From: Squalus acanthias
Lineage: Eukaryota
Reading direction: 5' to 3'
DNA length: 64,000 bases
NCBI GenBank assembly: GCA_030390025.1
Contig: CM059432.1
Location: 70,372,001-70,436,000, forward strand
The translations under genes were made by a program, and so were the position numbers. Shown here one piece after another: positions 14,755-27,202 of the stretch. Under the pieces are notes generated by a model. It had not been told where the DNA came from. It ran no database searches and worked only from the letters and a program-made list of their open reading frames with translations. Every line of letters starts with the position of its first letter. Position 1 is the first letter of the stretch.

Positions 14755-15372
14755 AGACCAAGGACAGAGGTGTCAGAGTGGGGGGAGAATTAAAATGACA
14801 GGAGACCAGAAGCTCAGGGTAAAGCTTGGGGGACTAAACAGAGGTATTCCGCAAAGCAATCACTCAATCTGCGTTTAGTCTCCCCAGTGTAGAGGAAACC
14901 GCAACATGAGCAGTGAATACTCTATCCTTGGCCTCCTACACTGTTCTAATAAAGCTCGAGGAACTGCCCCTCATCTTTTGATTAGGCACTTTACAGACTT
15001 CCGGATTCAACACTGAGTTCAACAATTTCAGATCATAACCACTGCTCCCATTTTTTCGGACAGCAACTGTTGGTAATGATTCTGCTATTGCCACTTACAC
15101 TTCCTCTGGACCCATCTTTTGTTTCTTTACTTGTTCCATTACCATCCCTTTTGCCTTGCACCATCACCCCTTTTGTCATTTAATCTCTCCTGCCTTCCAC
15201 CCTATCACAGACCTTCCCTTTTGTTCTTTCCTCCCCTCCCGCCCTTTCCCTGCCTCTGTACTTGCTTAAAACTTGTTACATCTCTAACATTTTTCAGTTC
15301 TGATGAAAGGACATCGACTTGAAACATTAACTGTTTCTCTTTCCACAGATGCGGCCAGACCGGTTGAGTATT
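14755..15372. mobile_element. Penelope-like element fragment with inverted 5' segment
   Basis: Minus piece 14755-14921 encodes C..CGFLYTGETKRRL (GIY-YIG). Plus piece from ~14922 encodes LGLLHC...GTLQ..G.N.EFNNFRS* followed by the terminal repeat with CTGATGA...GAAAC. Confidence 0.8.
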
Positions 15373-17010
15373 TAAATAGTGCCTTTAATGTAGGAAAATG
15401 TCCCAAGGCGCTTCACAAAAGTGGTATCCAACAAAATTTGACACCGAGCCACATAAGGAAATATTAGAACAGATGACCAAAAGCTTGGTCAAAGAGGTAG
15501 GTTTTAAGGAGCGTCTTAAAGGAGGAGAGGTAGTGAGGCGGAGAGGTTTAGGGAGGGAATTCCAGAGCTTAGGGTCCAGGCAGCTGAAGGTACAGCTGCC
15601 GATTAAAATTGGGGATGTGCAAGTGGCCAGGATTTGAAGACCGCAGAGATCTCAGAGGATTGTAGGGCTGGAGGAGGTTACAGTGATGGGGAGGGGCGAG
15701 GTCATGGAGGGATTTTGAAAACAAGGATCAGAATTTTTAAATTGAAGTGTTGCCAGACCTGGAGCCAATGTCTCTCTCTCTCTCTCTTAGGCAGTCCCTT
15801 GGAACCGAGGATGACTTGCTTCCACACTAAAAATGAGTTCTCAGGTGACTGATGAGTCCAATGCAGGACCTACAGTCTCCGTCACAGGTGGGGCAGACGG
15901 TGGTTGAAGGGGCGGGTGGGTGGGGTGCTTGACGTGCGCTCCTTGCACTTGGCTTCCGCTTGCTCCCGGCGAAGAAACTCGAGGTGTTCGGCGCCTTCCC
16001 GGATGCTTCTCCTCCACTTTGTGTAGTCTTGGGCCAGGGATTACCAGGTGTCGGTGGGGATGTTGCACTTTTCCAAGGAGGCTGAGGGTGTCCTTGAAGC
16101 GTTTCCTCTGCCCACCTGGGGCTTTCTTGCCGTGTCGGAGCTCCGAGTAGGGCGTTTGTTTTGGGAGTCTCTTATCGGGAATGCGGACGATGTGAGCCGA
16201 CATCGGAGCTGATCGAGCGTGGTCAAAGCTTCGATGCTGGGAATGTTGTCCTGAGCGAGAACACTGACGTTGGTGCGTCTATCCTGCCAATGGATTTGCA
16301 GGATCTTGCGGAGGCAGCGTTGGTGGTACCTCTCCAGTGCTTTGAGGTGCCTGCTGTAAATGGCCCATGTCTCTGAGGCATACAGGAGGGTATCACTACT
16401 GCTCTGTAGACCATGAGCTTGGTGTCGGGTTTGTGGTCCTGGTCTTCAAACACTTTCTTCCTCAGGCGACCGAAGGCTGCACTGGCACACTGAAGGCGGT
16501 GTCGGACTTTGTCATCAACGTCTGCCCTTGTTGATAGTAGGCTCCTGAGGTATGGAAAGTGGTCCACGTTGTCCAAGGCCTTGTCGTAGATTTTGATAAT
16601 CGGGGGGCAGTACTGTGTGGCGGGGGCCAAGCCAATGTAGTTCAGCAAGCACAGGGGTGATGGGTGAACGGGACTTGGTGCGAGTTAGAATACAGACAGC
16701 AGAGATTTGGGTGTGTTCAAGTTTATGTAGGGTGGAAGATGGGAGGACGGCCAGGAGAGCACTGGAATAGTCCAGTCTAGAGGTAACAAAGACATGGATG
16801 AGTATTTCAGCACCAGATGAGCTAAGGCAGGGACAGAGACAGGTGATGCTATGGAGGTGGAAGTAGGTGTCTTGGTGATGGAGTGGATATGTGGTCGGAA
16901 GCTCATCTAAGGGTCAAATATGACACCAAGGTTGCGAACAGTCTGGTTCAGCCTCAAGATAGTTGCCAGGGAGAGGGATGGAGTCGGTGGCTAGGGAACT
17001 GAGTTTGTGG
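15370..17010 (-). mobile_element. L2-clade LINE 3' fragment (host of the RTE)
   Basis: SFRPHIHSITK, ..SRLD.S. style sequence. Similar L2 fragments at ~7235-7505(-), 11880-12200(-), 23000-23860(-), 39480-40530(+), 53790-54230(-) and 58840-59200(-). Confidence 0.8.
15772..16629 (-). mobile_element. RTE-clade LINE, 5'-truncated, with (GA)n tail and 9-bp TSD
   Basis: HIVRIPDKRLPKQ..YSELRHGKKAPGGQRKRFKDTL and ASAAFGRLRK are RTE-type motifs. TSD AGCCAATGT at 15763-15771 and 16630-16638. Confidence 0.9.
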
Positions 17011-17435
17011 CATTTATCAGGGACAGAGTGACTGAGCACGTGGACAAGTATGATATGATCAAAGAGAGTCACCATGGATTTGTGAAGGGTAGATCATGTC
17101 TATTAATCTAATTGAATCTTTTGAGGAGGTCACTAACATGGTGGATAGGGGAGTGTCTATGAATGTTGTCTATATGGACTTCTAGAAACCATTTAAAAAA
17201 TAAAAGTGCACGGTACTGAAGGTAACTGTGATATGGGTTGGTAATTGGTTGGGAGGTAGGAGACAGAGTAGGGATAAAGAGAATGTACTCTGATTGTCGG
17301 GGAGTGACAAGTTTTGTTCCCCAGGAATTTTCACTAGGGCCTCAGTTTCTCACCATATTTATCAATGACTTGGATGAAGGAAGAGAGAGTTGTATATCCA
17401 CATTTGCAGATGATACTAAGTTAGGTGGCACATTA
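17010..17435 (+). mobile_element. CR1 RT fragment
   Basis: HGFVKGRSC, LGPQ, FADDTKLGG. Confidence 0.8.
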
Positions 17436-19487
17436 AGAGCAGGGGAAAGGTAAATTTACATAATGGGAATAGCTGATGATTTATTGTACCCTGTAATTGG
17501 AACCTATATTCCTATAAATATTTTAATTTGATGGGTGACCAGGTCCTCATACTCACCCATCAAAATAACCTAGCATCCACAGGAAATATGGAACAGACTT
17601 GTACATAATTACAGGATACAATAAATCCATAACTAAACCTGTCTTTCTCCTTTTGTCAAACCAGCAACTGTTCACTTCAATTGAGGGAATCGCCCATGTA
17701 AAGGGGATAGCAATCAAATTTTCCAAGACTTCCATTCAACCTGCTCCTTAACTGACAAAATGATGGTAGCCACCACAGGGCAAACTTTAGTTCTGCTGTA
17801 CTACTGCTGGGTTTGGTAAAGACTTAGCTCCATGTCTGAGTTCCATATAAATCTGACAAGTTCACAGGCTGCTTTAAAATGACAGGAAATTGCAAAATGA
17901 CCACTTGATTGGATCTATCCCAGATCATGAGCTTAATTTGGCTTTTTGACAACAGCTTCAGCAATCTGTTTCAGACGTTGTAAACTGGTATTGGAAACTT
18001 GTAAACTCCGTCCCCAACTGATGAATGCTTGCAGCATGGCAGCTTCCCAAATTTGTTCTATTATTACAAAAATTCCCATTTAGAATTTTGCTCATATCCC
18101 GTTCTCAGGGTTCTTTTAAACATTACTTCAAGCTAAATGCCCTTTGCAGTACAGTCAATTTGGAATAATATTAAGATCACCTCTTTCATAAAGTCAAAGT
18201 TTTAAAAACAATACTTGCGTCTGGCAAGTGATCTTGCAAGATAATTTACTAGCTTAGTTAATGGCCCGTGATGACATGAATGGTAATGCAATCATATTGC
18301 ATCACTGGTCATAACTGTTAAACAAAATGTTGATTAAAATCAATCTACATGATTTAAAAAGTTGCCAAAAAAAGAGGAACCACAAATTGACATTACAAGA
18401 ATGTGAACTTTACCCAGTACCCAACATGGTCTTATGTCTGCTGAGTTTTTCAACCAGGGGGATTCCAGATATTGAGCCTGGTCAAATCTGTTCAGATTCT
18501 TTAGAACTTGAAGTTACTTAGCACAGTACCTCAGAGTACAAAACACAGAACATTAGCAGTTTTCAGAGTTAGAAAATGGGTAAGTCTTCATTATTTAATC
18601 ATGGAAAATCTCATTATACATCAGTACTAAGAACATTGGCCCGGATTTTGTGGTCAGTGGTGAACGAACGGTGCTAGCCATTCAGTACACTTACCCACAG
18701 ACTTTCATAGAATCATCCATCACAGAAGGAAGCCATTTGGCCCATCAAGTCTGTGCCGGCTCTTTCAAAGAGCAATCCAGTTAGTCCCATTCCCCCACTC
18801 TTTCGAATAATGAACTCCCCTCCAACCAATACAATCTATTTACCACATCAGCAGACAACCTAAAGTCTAAAGGAGGTCTGGGAGTGAGACTTAAATCACC
18901 AGATAACAGCAGAGAATCTGTAGTAGTAAGGAATAGATCCTCATTACCTTCACATGCAGCAAAATGGCAGGGGGGGGGGGGGGGGGTGTGTGTGGAGAGA
19001 CTGGCACAAAGTCATAGTGAAGGTACAAATGCATCCCCCTCCCTGCTGGAAGTACGCTGAAGGGCTGTGGGGAGAACGGCATGCTGGTGGACTTAGTTTG
19101 TTCATGCCCTTTTATTTAGTCACTCTGGGCAATAATCCAGGAGCTTACAAATTATGACCAGTCTCTGAATCTTATTGCTGCTTAGAAATAAGGTGCATCT
19201 CCCTGATGTGAAGTGCAGCCCTCTCTGCAACAAATGTGAGAAGACCCTGTCCTGAATACCAGAGATCCTTTGCCCTGTCTAACTGAAATCACTCTCCTTT
19301 AGAACATTGCCCTCCAATGTATTGTCTTCCAACCATATACACCTTCACAGGATCACATATGAATGCATTAATATAAATGCAAGTCTTTCTTTGTACTTCA
19401 TTGGCTGTAAAGCACTTTGTGACGTCCTGAAAGGCGCTATATGAATGCAAGTCTTTCTTTTTTTACATTAAAGTGGCAAATAACATT

Positions 19488-21222
19488 ATAGAATAGTACA
19501 GCTCATAAGGAGGCCTTTTGGCCTATCAAGTCTGCACCAGCTCTTTCGAAGAGCAATCCAGTTAGTCCCACTCCCCTGCTCTTTCCCCATATCCCTACAA
19601 TTTTTTTCTCCTTCAAGTATTTATCCAATTCTCTTTTGAAGGCGACTATTGAACCTGTATCCACCACCCTATCAAGCAGTGCATTCCAAATCCTAACTAC
19701 TTGTTGCGTAAAAAAGTTTTTCCTCATGTCACCTGTGGTCCTTTTGCCAATCACCTTAAATCTGTGCCCCCTCGTTATCGACCCTTCAGCCATTGGAAAC
19801 AGTTTCTCTTTATTTACTCAATCTAAACCATTCATGATTAAACATCTCTATCAAATCTCCTCCTAGCCTTCTCTGCTCTAAGGAGAACAACCCGCGCTTC
19901 TCAAGTCTATCCATGTAACTGTAATCCCTCATCTCTGGAACCATTCTAGTAAATCTCTTCTGCACCCTCTCCGAAGCCTTCATGTCCTTCCTAAAGTGTG
20001 GTGCCCAGAATTGGACACAATACTCCAGCTGGGGCCAAATTAGTATTTTCTATACGTTTAGCATAACTTCCTGGCTTTTGTACTCTGCTGCCTCTATTTA
20101 TAAAGCCCAGGATCCCATATGCTTTATTAACTGCTTTGTTAACCTGTCCTGCCACCTCCAAAGATTTGCGCACAAACACTGCGCCCCCCCCACCCCTGTT
20201 CTTGCACCCCCTTGAAAATTGTACCATTTAGCATGCATTGTCTCTCCTCATTCTTCCTACCAAAATGTATCACCTTACTTTTCTGCGTTGAATTTCATCT
20301 GCCATGTGCACGCCCATTCCACCAGCCTGTCTATGTCTTCTTGAAGTCTATTACTATCTTCCTCAATGTTTACCACACTTCCAAGTTTTGTGTCATCTGC
20401 AAATTTCGAAATTGTGCCCTGTACCGCGAAGTCCAAGTCATTAATGTACTTCAAAAACAGCAGTGGTCCTAGTACTGAACCTTGGGGCGCTCCACTGTAT
20501 ACCTCCCTCCAATCCAAAAAACAGCCATTCACCACAACTCTGTTTTCTATCCCGTAGTCAATTTTGTATCAACGCTGCCACTACCCCTTTTATCCCATGG
20601 GCTTCAATTTTGGTAACAAGCCTAAAATGTGGTACTTTAATCAAACGCCTTTTGAAAGTCCATTTACACATCAACTGCACTGCTCTCATCCACCCTCTGT
20701 TGCCTCATCAAAAAACTCAAACACGATTTGACCTTAACAAATCTGTGCCGGCTCTCCTTTATTGGTCCATGTGGTTATTAATTTTCTCCCGGATTTTGGT
20801 TTCTAAAAACGTCCCTACCACTGACGTTAAACTGACTGGCCTGTAATTGCCAAGTTTATCCTTATCCCCTTTTTTGAACAAGGGTGTAACATTTGCATAC
20901 TCCAGTCCTTTGGCACCACCACTGTATCTAAGGAGGATTGGAAGATTGTGGCCAACACCTCTGCAATTTCTACCCTTACTTCCCTCAGCAACCTAGGATG
21001 CATCCCATCCGGACCGGGTGACTAAGTACTGCCAGCCTTCCTAATAACTCCCCTTTATCTAGCTTTATCTCATCCAGTATCCCAGCAACCTCCTCGATTA
21101 CCATAGTTTTGGCAAAGTCCTCTTTCTTGTTAAAAACCGATGCAAAGTATTCATTTAGTACCTCAGCCATACCTTCTGCCTCCACCAATAGATCTCCATT
21201 TTGGTCCCTAATCAGCCCCACT
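19488..21222 (-). mobile_element. CR1 LINE, 5'-truncated
   Basis: ORFs 19503-19793, 20275-20535 (PQGSVLGP, FADD) and 20985-21260; tail at the left end. Confidence 0.9.
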
Positions 21223-21890
21223 GCAAAAACCAGGCCATTAATTTTGAAAACACAATTCACAGTGGAACACAGATTGTGTTTTTAAAAAAATTAAACTCTC
21301 ATTTTTCTTTTTAAAACAAAAATGTAACTGCAGTATTCAAAAGTTAGCTGCAAAAGCCTTTATATCTACTATTGTTAATTCAAAATAAATTTTTGCTCAA
21401 TAAATTGATTATTTAGTATGAATTGAGCAATTTTAATGAAACAGCAGAGGTGATTCTGTTTTTGCATAATTTCAATTTGAATTAACAGACAATTTGAAGA
21501 AACATATAAAATTAGTCTACTAATTTAATAAGTAAATATATTTTTTTAAAGATTCTGTTTTAGTTGTAATTCCATACAAAATGACACTTGCTGTTATTTC
21601 TCTTGCTGTGTGCATTTGTACTAGTCAGTTTTCCCTATTTAGTCCTCTGTGCCACATACCATTCCTCAATTGAGAGGGGGGATAGGCAACCATTTCTCTG
21701 GGCTTGGCTAATGTAATTCAAATTAGATTCTCACTGCTTGGTCCCCCGTAATAATGAGACTGAGACTGGTTAAAACCCTTAATTGGAGAATCACCAATGC
21801 AAGCCCATTTTCTACCACTGAGTGTGCTGCACCACTGGCCACAAGTTAATTGAGATGGGGACCACAGCTTGTTTAAAAGTGCACATATTA

Positions 21891-22290
21891 AAAAAGACTT
21901 GCATTTATATAGCACCTTTCACGACCTCAGGACATACCAAAGCACTTTACTTTTGAAGTGTAGTCACTGTTGTAATGTAGGAAACGTGGCAGCCAATCTG
22001 CACACAGCAAGCTCCCACAAACAGCAATGTGATAATGACCAGGTAATCTGTTTTTGTGGTGTTGATTGAGGGATAAATATTGGTCAGGACATCAGGGATA
22101 ACTCCCCAGCTCCGCTTCAAAATAGTGCCATGGGATCTTTTACGTCCAACTTGAGAGAACAGACGGGGCCTTGGTTTAACGTCTCATCCAGAAGACAGCA
22201 CCTCAGACAGTGCAGCAGTCCTTCAGTACTGTACTGGAGTGTCAGCCTAGATTTTTGTGCTCAAGTCTCTGGAGTGGGACTTGAACCCAC
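21891..22290 (-). mobile_element. DeuSINE (SacSINE1-like); partial copies also at ~47925-48170 and ~62600-62700
   Basis: B box GGTTCAAGTCC, core GGATGAGACGTTAAACCAAGGCCCCGTCTG, tail GCTATATAAATGCAAGTCTTT. Confidence 0.8.
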
Positions 22291-22499
22291 TCTGCTTGGC
22301 AATTGATGCAATCACAATGCAATGGAAGTTACAAAGGGATCCACAGCCACCTTTTGGCTGGGAAGGATAGCAAACATGAGTAGCTATGAGTGATTTCCTT
22401 TGGGTAAGAGAACATTCAAAGTATATGGACAGACAAAATACAGACTGAAGTAGATGATAACATTCTCTAAAGAGAAAACCATAGCTTAGCTATACTCAC

Positions 22500-22693
22500 C
22501 ACTTGAGCATCAATTGCCACCTGAGCGAATCCCTTCCGACCACTCCAAAAGATGCTATACGTCTCATCACTAAAGAGTGCTTCACGGACTCCACCTGGTG
22601 AGATGGCCAGCAAGTGACCATTTTTCAAAGCTTTGACACACTCCTCTTGTGGACCATGCATAGCACTAAAAACTTCCAACAATAATTTAAACC
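22500..22693 (-). CDS. TMEM68: TMEM68 coding exon 3
   Basis: Acceptor ttttcag|GG, donor GTG|gtgagt; 194 nt, phase 1-0. FKLLLEVFSAMHGPQEECVKALKNGHLLAISPGGVREALFSDETYSIFWSGRKGFAQVAIDAQV, including the PGGVRE acyltransferase motif. Confidence 0.96.
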
Positions 22694-24747
22694 CTGAAAA
22701 AGAAATTTAGAAACCTGTTTACAAAAAGAGCAGAGTGACAAATGTGGAAAAAAAATTGAAGACATTACAAAATCTTTTATAGTATTGACCGAATATTATA
22801 GTCTCAAATAAAAGGGTTAAATATATACCACCACCGATTAGGCTGCCAAAAGTAACTAGATTTAACCTACTTTAACCTGAGCTCTTCTATTTATTGATTT
22901 AATGCTTATTAATTACACAACATTCTTGCTTCATTTGAAGCCAGTCACCAACACCTATCTTGATATTATGACATTATGTATTTCCTACAAAAATATAGCT
23001 CAACCAACAATTTACATTTATACAAGTATTTTGCAGTAACAAAACATCCTAAAGTACTTTACAGGGGGAGTGGTGGTTATCGAGCAGGAATTCATTAAGG
23101 GGAAGTAACCAAAGGCACTATCAAAAAGAATCATTTTTAAGGAGATTGTGGAAAGTGGGCCGAGGCATAGCAAGGAGAAGACTTTTAAGAAGGAAATTCC
23201 ACAGTATAGACAAGTGGTGACTGGTGACTCTGCATCAATGATACAATGGAAGGAAGGGCAATGTGCAACAGTCTAAAGTTCAAGATGGAGTGCTGTTATC
23301 CAAGGCTGTAGAAAAATGTGCCAGTAAGGTGGAGTAAGATCATAGAGGGATTTAAAGACTAGGACCAGGGTTTTAAGTTGATGGTTTGTTGGACAGGGAG
23401 CCAGTGGAGATTGACAAGAATAGGGTGGGGAATATATAGGACAGGATGTATGCCACAGTTTTGCACATTTTATTTGTAGGATGGAGCTGAAGAGGCCAGT
23501 GAAGAAAGCATTAGAGAAATCAACCCTCAAAGTGACAAAGGTATGGATGAGGATTTCAGTGGCAATGGGGTGATGCTCCAGAGATGGAAGCAAACCATCT
23601 TGCCAACATACATGACTGAATATTCAGCTCAAAACTGACAGGATAAGGAGTCTGTGCATCTGTGTGTTTAATCTGAGAAGCAGTAGCAGCAGTGTGGGAA
23701 GTGGAATCAGCATGTGAGGTGTAAAGTTGCTGATAGGAACTGAACTAGGTGTCTTTTGTCTGGTCAGTGCCGAAGAATGTTCTGGCTCATCCAAGACTTA
23801 ATGTCAGACAGCATAGCAACAGTCGTGGAATCAAAGGTGAAAGGGAAGAGAGTCGATCAATTAGCCAACAGATGGTAATCCTACTCTTCCCATTTTCCAA
23901 TCTATTCTAAATTTTTAAGTATTTCTCACACTCAAGTCATCTTTCTTCCTTCAATGGTGCCACACATTATTTCCTGGTGAAAATAGCAGAACAAAATCCT
24001 TTATATGTTGCAATAAGATTGTGTATAACAGATTGTGCAACAAAGACTTATTGCAAGAATGCACAGCCATTCCCAAACATCCCACCCAGATGCTGCAGAG
24101 AGGAAAAACATCTCGACGTGGGTAGCACCTGTCCCTGATCAAAACAACTTCTCATTCTCAATAGCAACTGCCATGGTACAATGGACAGATATTGTGTGGC
24201 ATAAACATATAAGTTGAGCAGAGCTTGAACTTGAGAATACAAATTGCAAATACTGTGCTAATCACTGATGTAGAATACAAAAAATGGGTACTTTCAGGAT
24301 GTAACATTGGTTCTGATGTTTCTGTCACTAACCCCACAGGCTAATGTGGAGTTATGGATTTTAAGTGAAATACTTGATTAAGGACATTTTCTAAATAGAA
24401 TGAAAGATTGTTTATTACCCAACTGGAAAAATTTCCATGAAATAAGGTAAGTTCAGTGGCAGAGCAAAGCTAAGCAACTGTCAAACCCAATGGTGCTAAA
24501 AGACCTTCACAAAAAGCAAATGCACCCTAATTACTTAGGATGTGATTAAGCACTTGGTAACAGATTTTGAAATAAAACGGACGATATATGGGTTCAGAAA
24601 TGTAAAAGTTTAAGAAATTGTAAGCTAGTTCTAACTTACACTGTGAGCCTTAGGAGACTGGCATGCACGTGTGCCAATCTCCCCAATTTATATTTCAATC
24701 TGATGCTCCTGCTCTTAGCTAAGGCCAATTTGCAGCCTGGGCACCCA

Positions 24748-24848
24748 CAGTTCTGATGAAAGGTCATTGAACTGAAATGTTAAATCTGTTTCTTTCTCCA
24801 CAGATGCTGCCTCACTTGCTGAGTATTTCAAGAATTTTCTGTTTTTAA
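24748..24848 (+). mobile_element. Penelope terminal fragment
   Basis: Same terminal sequence as 15295-15372 (TTCTGATGAAAGGTCA...CCACAGATGCTGCC...GAGTATTT). Confidence 0.75.
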
Positions 24849-24919
24849 TCACCCATCAATCATGTGCGCGCAAGCATGGTTTTATTACGACATGATGCGC
24901 ACAGGGTATCATTCCCATT

Positions 24920-25478
24920 TATAGAATCATAGAATAGTACAGCACAGGAGGCCATTTGGCCCCTCGAGTCTGCGCCGGCTCTTTCGAAGAGCAATCCAGT
25001 TAGTCCCACTCCTCCCCTCTTTCCCCATAGCCCTACAATTTTTTCTCCTTCAAGTATTTATCCAATTCCCCTTTGAAGGCTACTATTGACTTTGTATCCA
25101 CCACCCTATCAGACACTGCATTCCAAATCCTAACCATCGTGGCATAATAAAGTTTTCCATCATTTCGCCTGTGGTTCTTTTGCCAATCACCTTAAATCTG
25201 TGCCCGCTCGTTATCGACCCTTCAGCCATTGGAAACAGCTTCACTGTATTTCCTCGATCTAAATCCTTCAAGATTTTAAATACCTCTATCAAATCTCCTC
25301 TTAGCCTTCTCTGCTCCAAGGAGAACAACCCCAGCTTCTCTCGTCTATCCACGTAACTGTATTCCCTCATTCCTGGAACCATTCTAGTAAATCTTTTCAG
25401 TACTCTCTCCAAAGCCTTCACGTCCTTCCTAAAGTGCGGTGCCCAGAATTGGACACAATACTCCAGCTGGGGCCGAAC
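24920..25478 (-). mobile_element. CR1 3' fragment
   Basis: ORF 25083-25421 (LFSLEQRRLRGDLIE); tail similar to the 19488 copy. Confidence 0.9.
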
Positions 25479-26436
25479 TACTTTATTTTCCCCCCGAGTT
25501 TTTTTTTAAATGTGGGCCTGTGAACTAGAAGCAAAAAGCTCTTTTACTTGTGAACTGACATGCAGTGTTTAATGGGACAGCACAGGAGGCAGCTAACCCA
25601 AAAGCAATTCACAAGAATCACTTGCAAGAAAATGTGCATTCCAGCAACACTGGAACTACAGCGGCTGCATTCTCTACATCCGAGGGTGCTATTAGTCGCA
25701 GAATTGCATGTCTACTTTTGACAGCACCATCCCAATATAAAACTCCTAAAACTTTTAGGCAAAACACTGGCGTCCTTATATTTCGATGGTATAATGAAAT
25801 GGATAATGTCTTTCAGAGATCAGTCAACTGCAGTACATCTTTGCAGCTGTCTGGAAATAGATGTTTCAGACCAGTATGACCTGCTAAGACACAATAAGCA
25901 ATCTCTAGAGGCATAATTTCTGGGCACAATAGCTTGAGTTTGGTTAATAAAACAAAAAACTTCTAGGACAGACAATAATATAATAATTCAACTACATTGA
26001 AAAGGTAATTTAAAAAAATTATTTCTCTGCCAACACAACACACTTGATCTAACTGTGATTATGGACTGGAGAGCTGCTCTCACAGCTCTGCCAATCTTGC
26101 TGTCTATCCACCCACTAGATAGTAGGCCTGTGCCAGCTGTTTAAATTCCTGCATCCTATGGTGGGGAGAAGGAGGGGAGATCCTCAAAGGCAAATGACAA
26201 GTCTTTTCCTTCTTCCCCCCCCCCAACCCCCACAATGTGCAGGAGGTAACGGACTCCCCTCTGTTGTCATTGGGAAGTAGCCAGTGATCACTAAAATTAT
26301 TGATGTCTGGTACAAGGAAATAGAACACAAAGAAAGACTGTTTTTGTTAAATCACTGGAGATTATGGGGTGATTTGATAACCATGCTTGAAATTATGAAG
26401 GGATGAGATGGAGTAGATAGAAAGACTGTTTCCTGT

Positions 26437-27202
26437 GAACATAAGACGTAGGAGCAAGAGTAGGTCATGTGGCCCCTCGAGCCTGCTCCGCCATTCAATA
26501 AGATCATGGCTGATCTGATCTTGGCCTCAACTCCACTTCCCTGCCCGCTCCCCGTAACCCTGGACTCCCTTATCGTTCAAAAATCTGTCTATCTCCACCT
26601 TAAATATATTCAATGACCCAGCCTCCACAGCTCTCTGGGGAAGAGAATTCCAAAGATTCACAACCCTGAGAGAAGAAATTCCTCCTCATTTCCAATTTAA
26701 AAGGGTGCCCCCTTATTCTGAAATTATGCCCCCTAGTTCTAGATTCCCCAACGAGGGGAAACATCCTCTCTGCATCTACCCTGTCAAGCCCCTTCAGAAT
26801 CTTATATGTTTCAATAAGATCCCCTCTCATTCTTCTAAACTCCAATGAGTATAGGCCCAACCTGCTCAACCTTTCTTCATAAGATAACCCCTTCATCTCT
26901 GGAATCAACCTCGTGAACCTTCTCTGAACTGCCTCCAAGTATATCCTTCCTTAAGACCACCAAAACTGTACGCAGTACTCCAGGTGTTGTAACAGGACTC
27001 CCCTACTTTTATACTCCATTCCCTTTGCAATAAAGGCCAACACTCCATTTGCCTTCCTAATAACTTGCTGTACCTGCATGCAAACTTTTTGTGATTCATG
27101 TACAAGGACCCCCAGATCCCTCTGTACCTCAGCATGTAATCTCTCGCCATTTAAATAATAATTTGCTTTTTTATTTTTCCTACCAAAGTGGATAACCTCG
27201 CA
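26437..27202 (-). mobile_element. CR1 LINE 3' part (host of the intact + CR1)
   Basis: Reverse-complement tail at 26437-26520 and RT C-terminus; continues at 30538. Confidence 0.9.
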
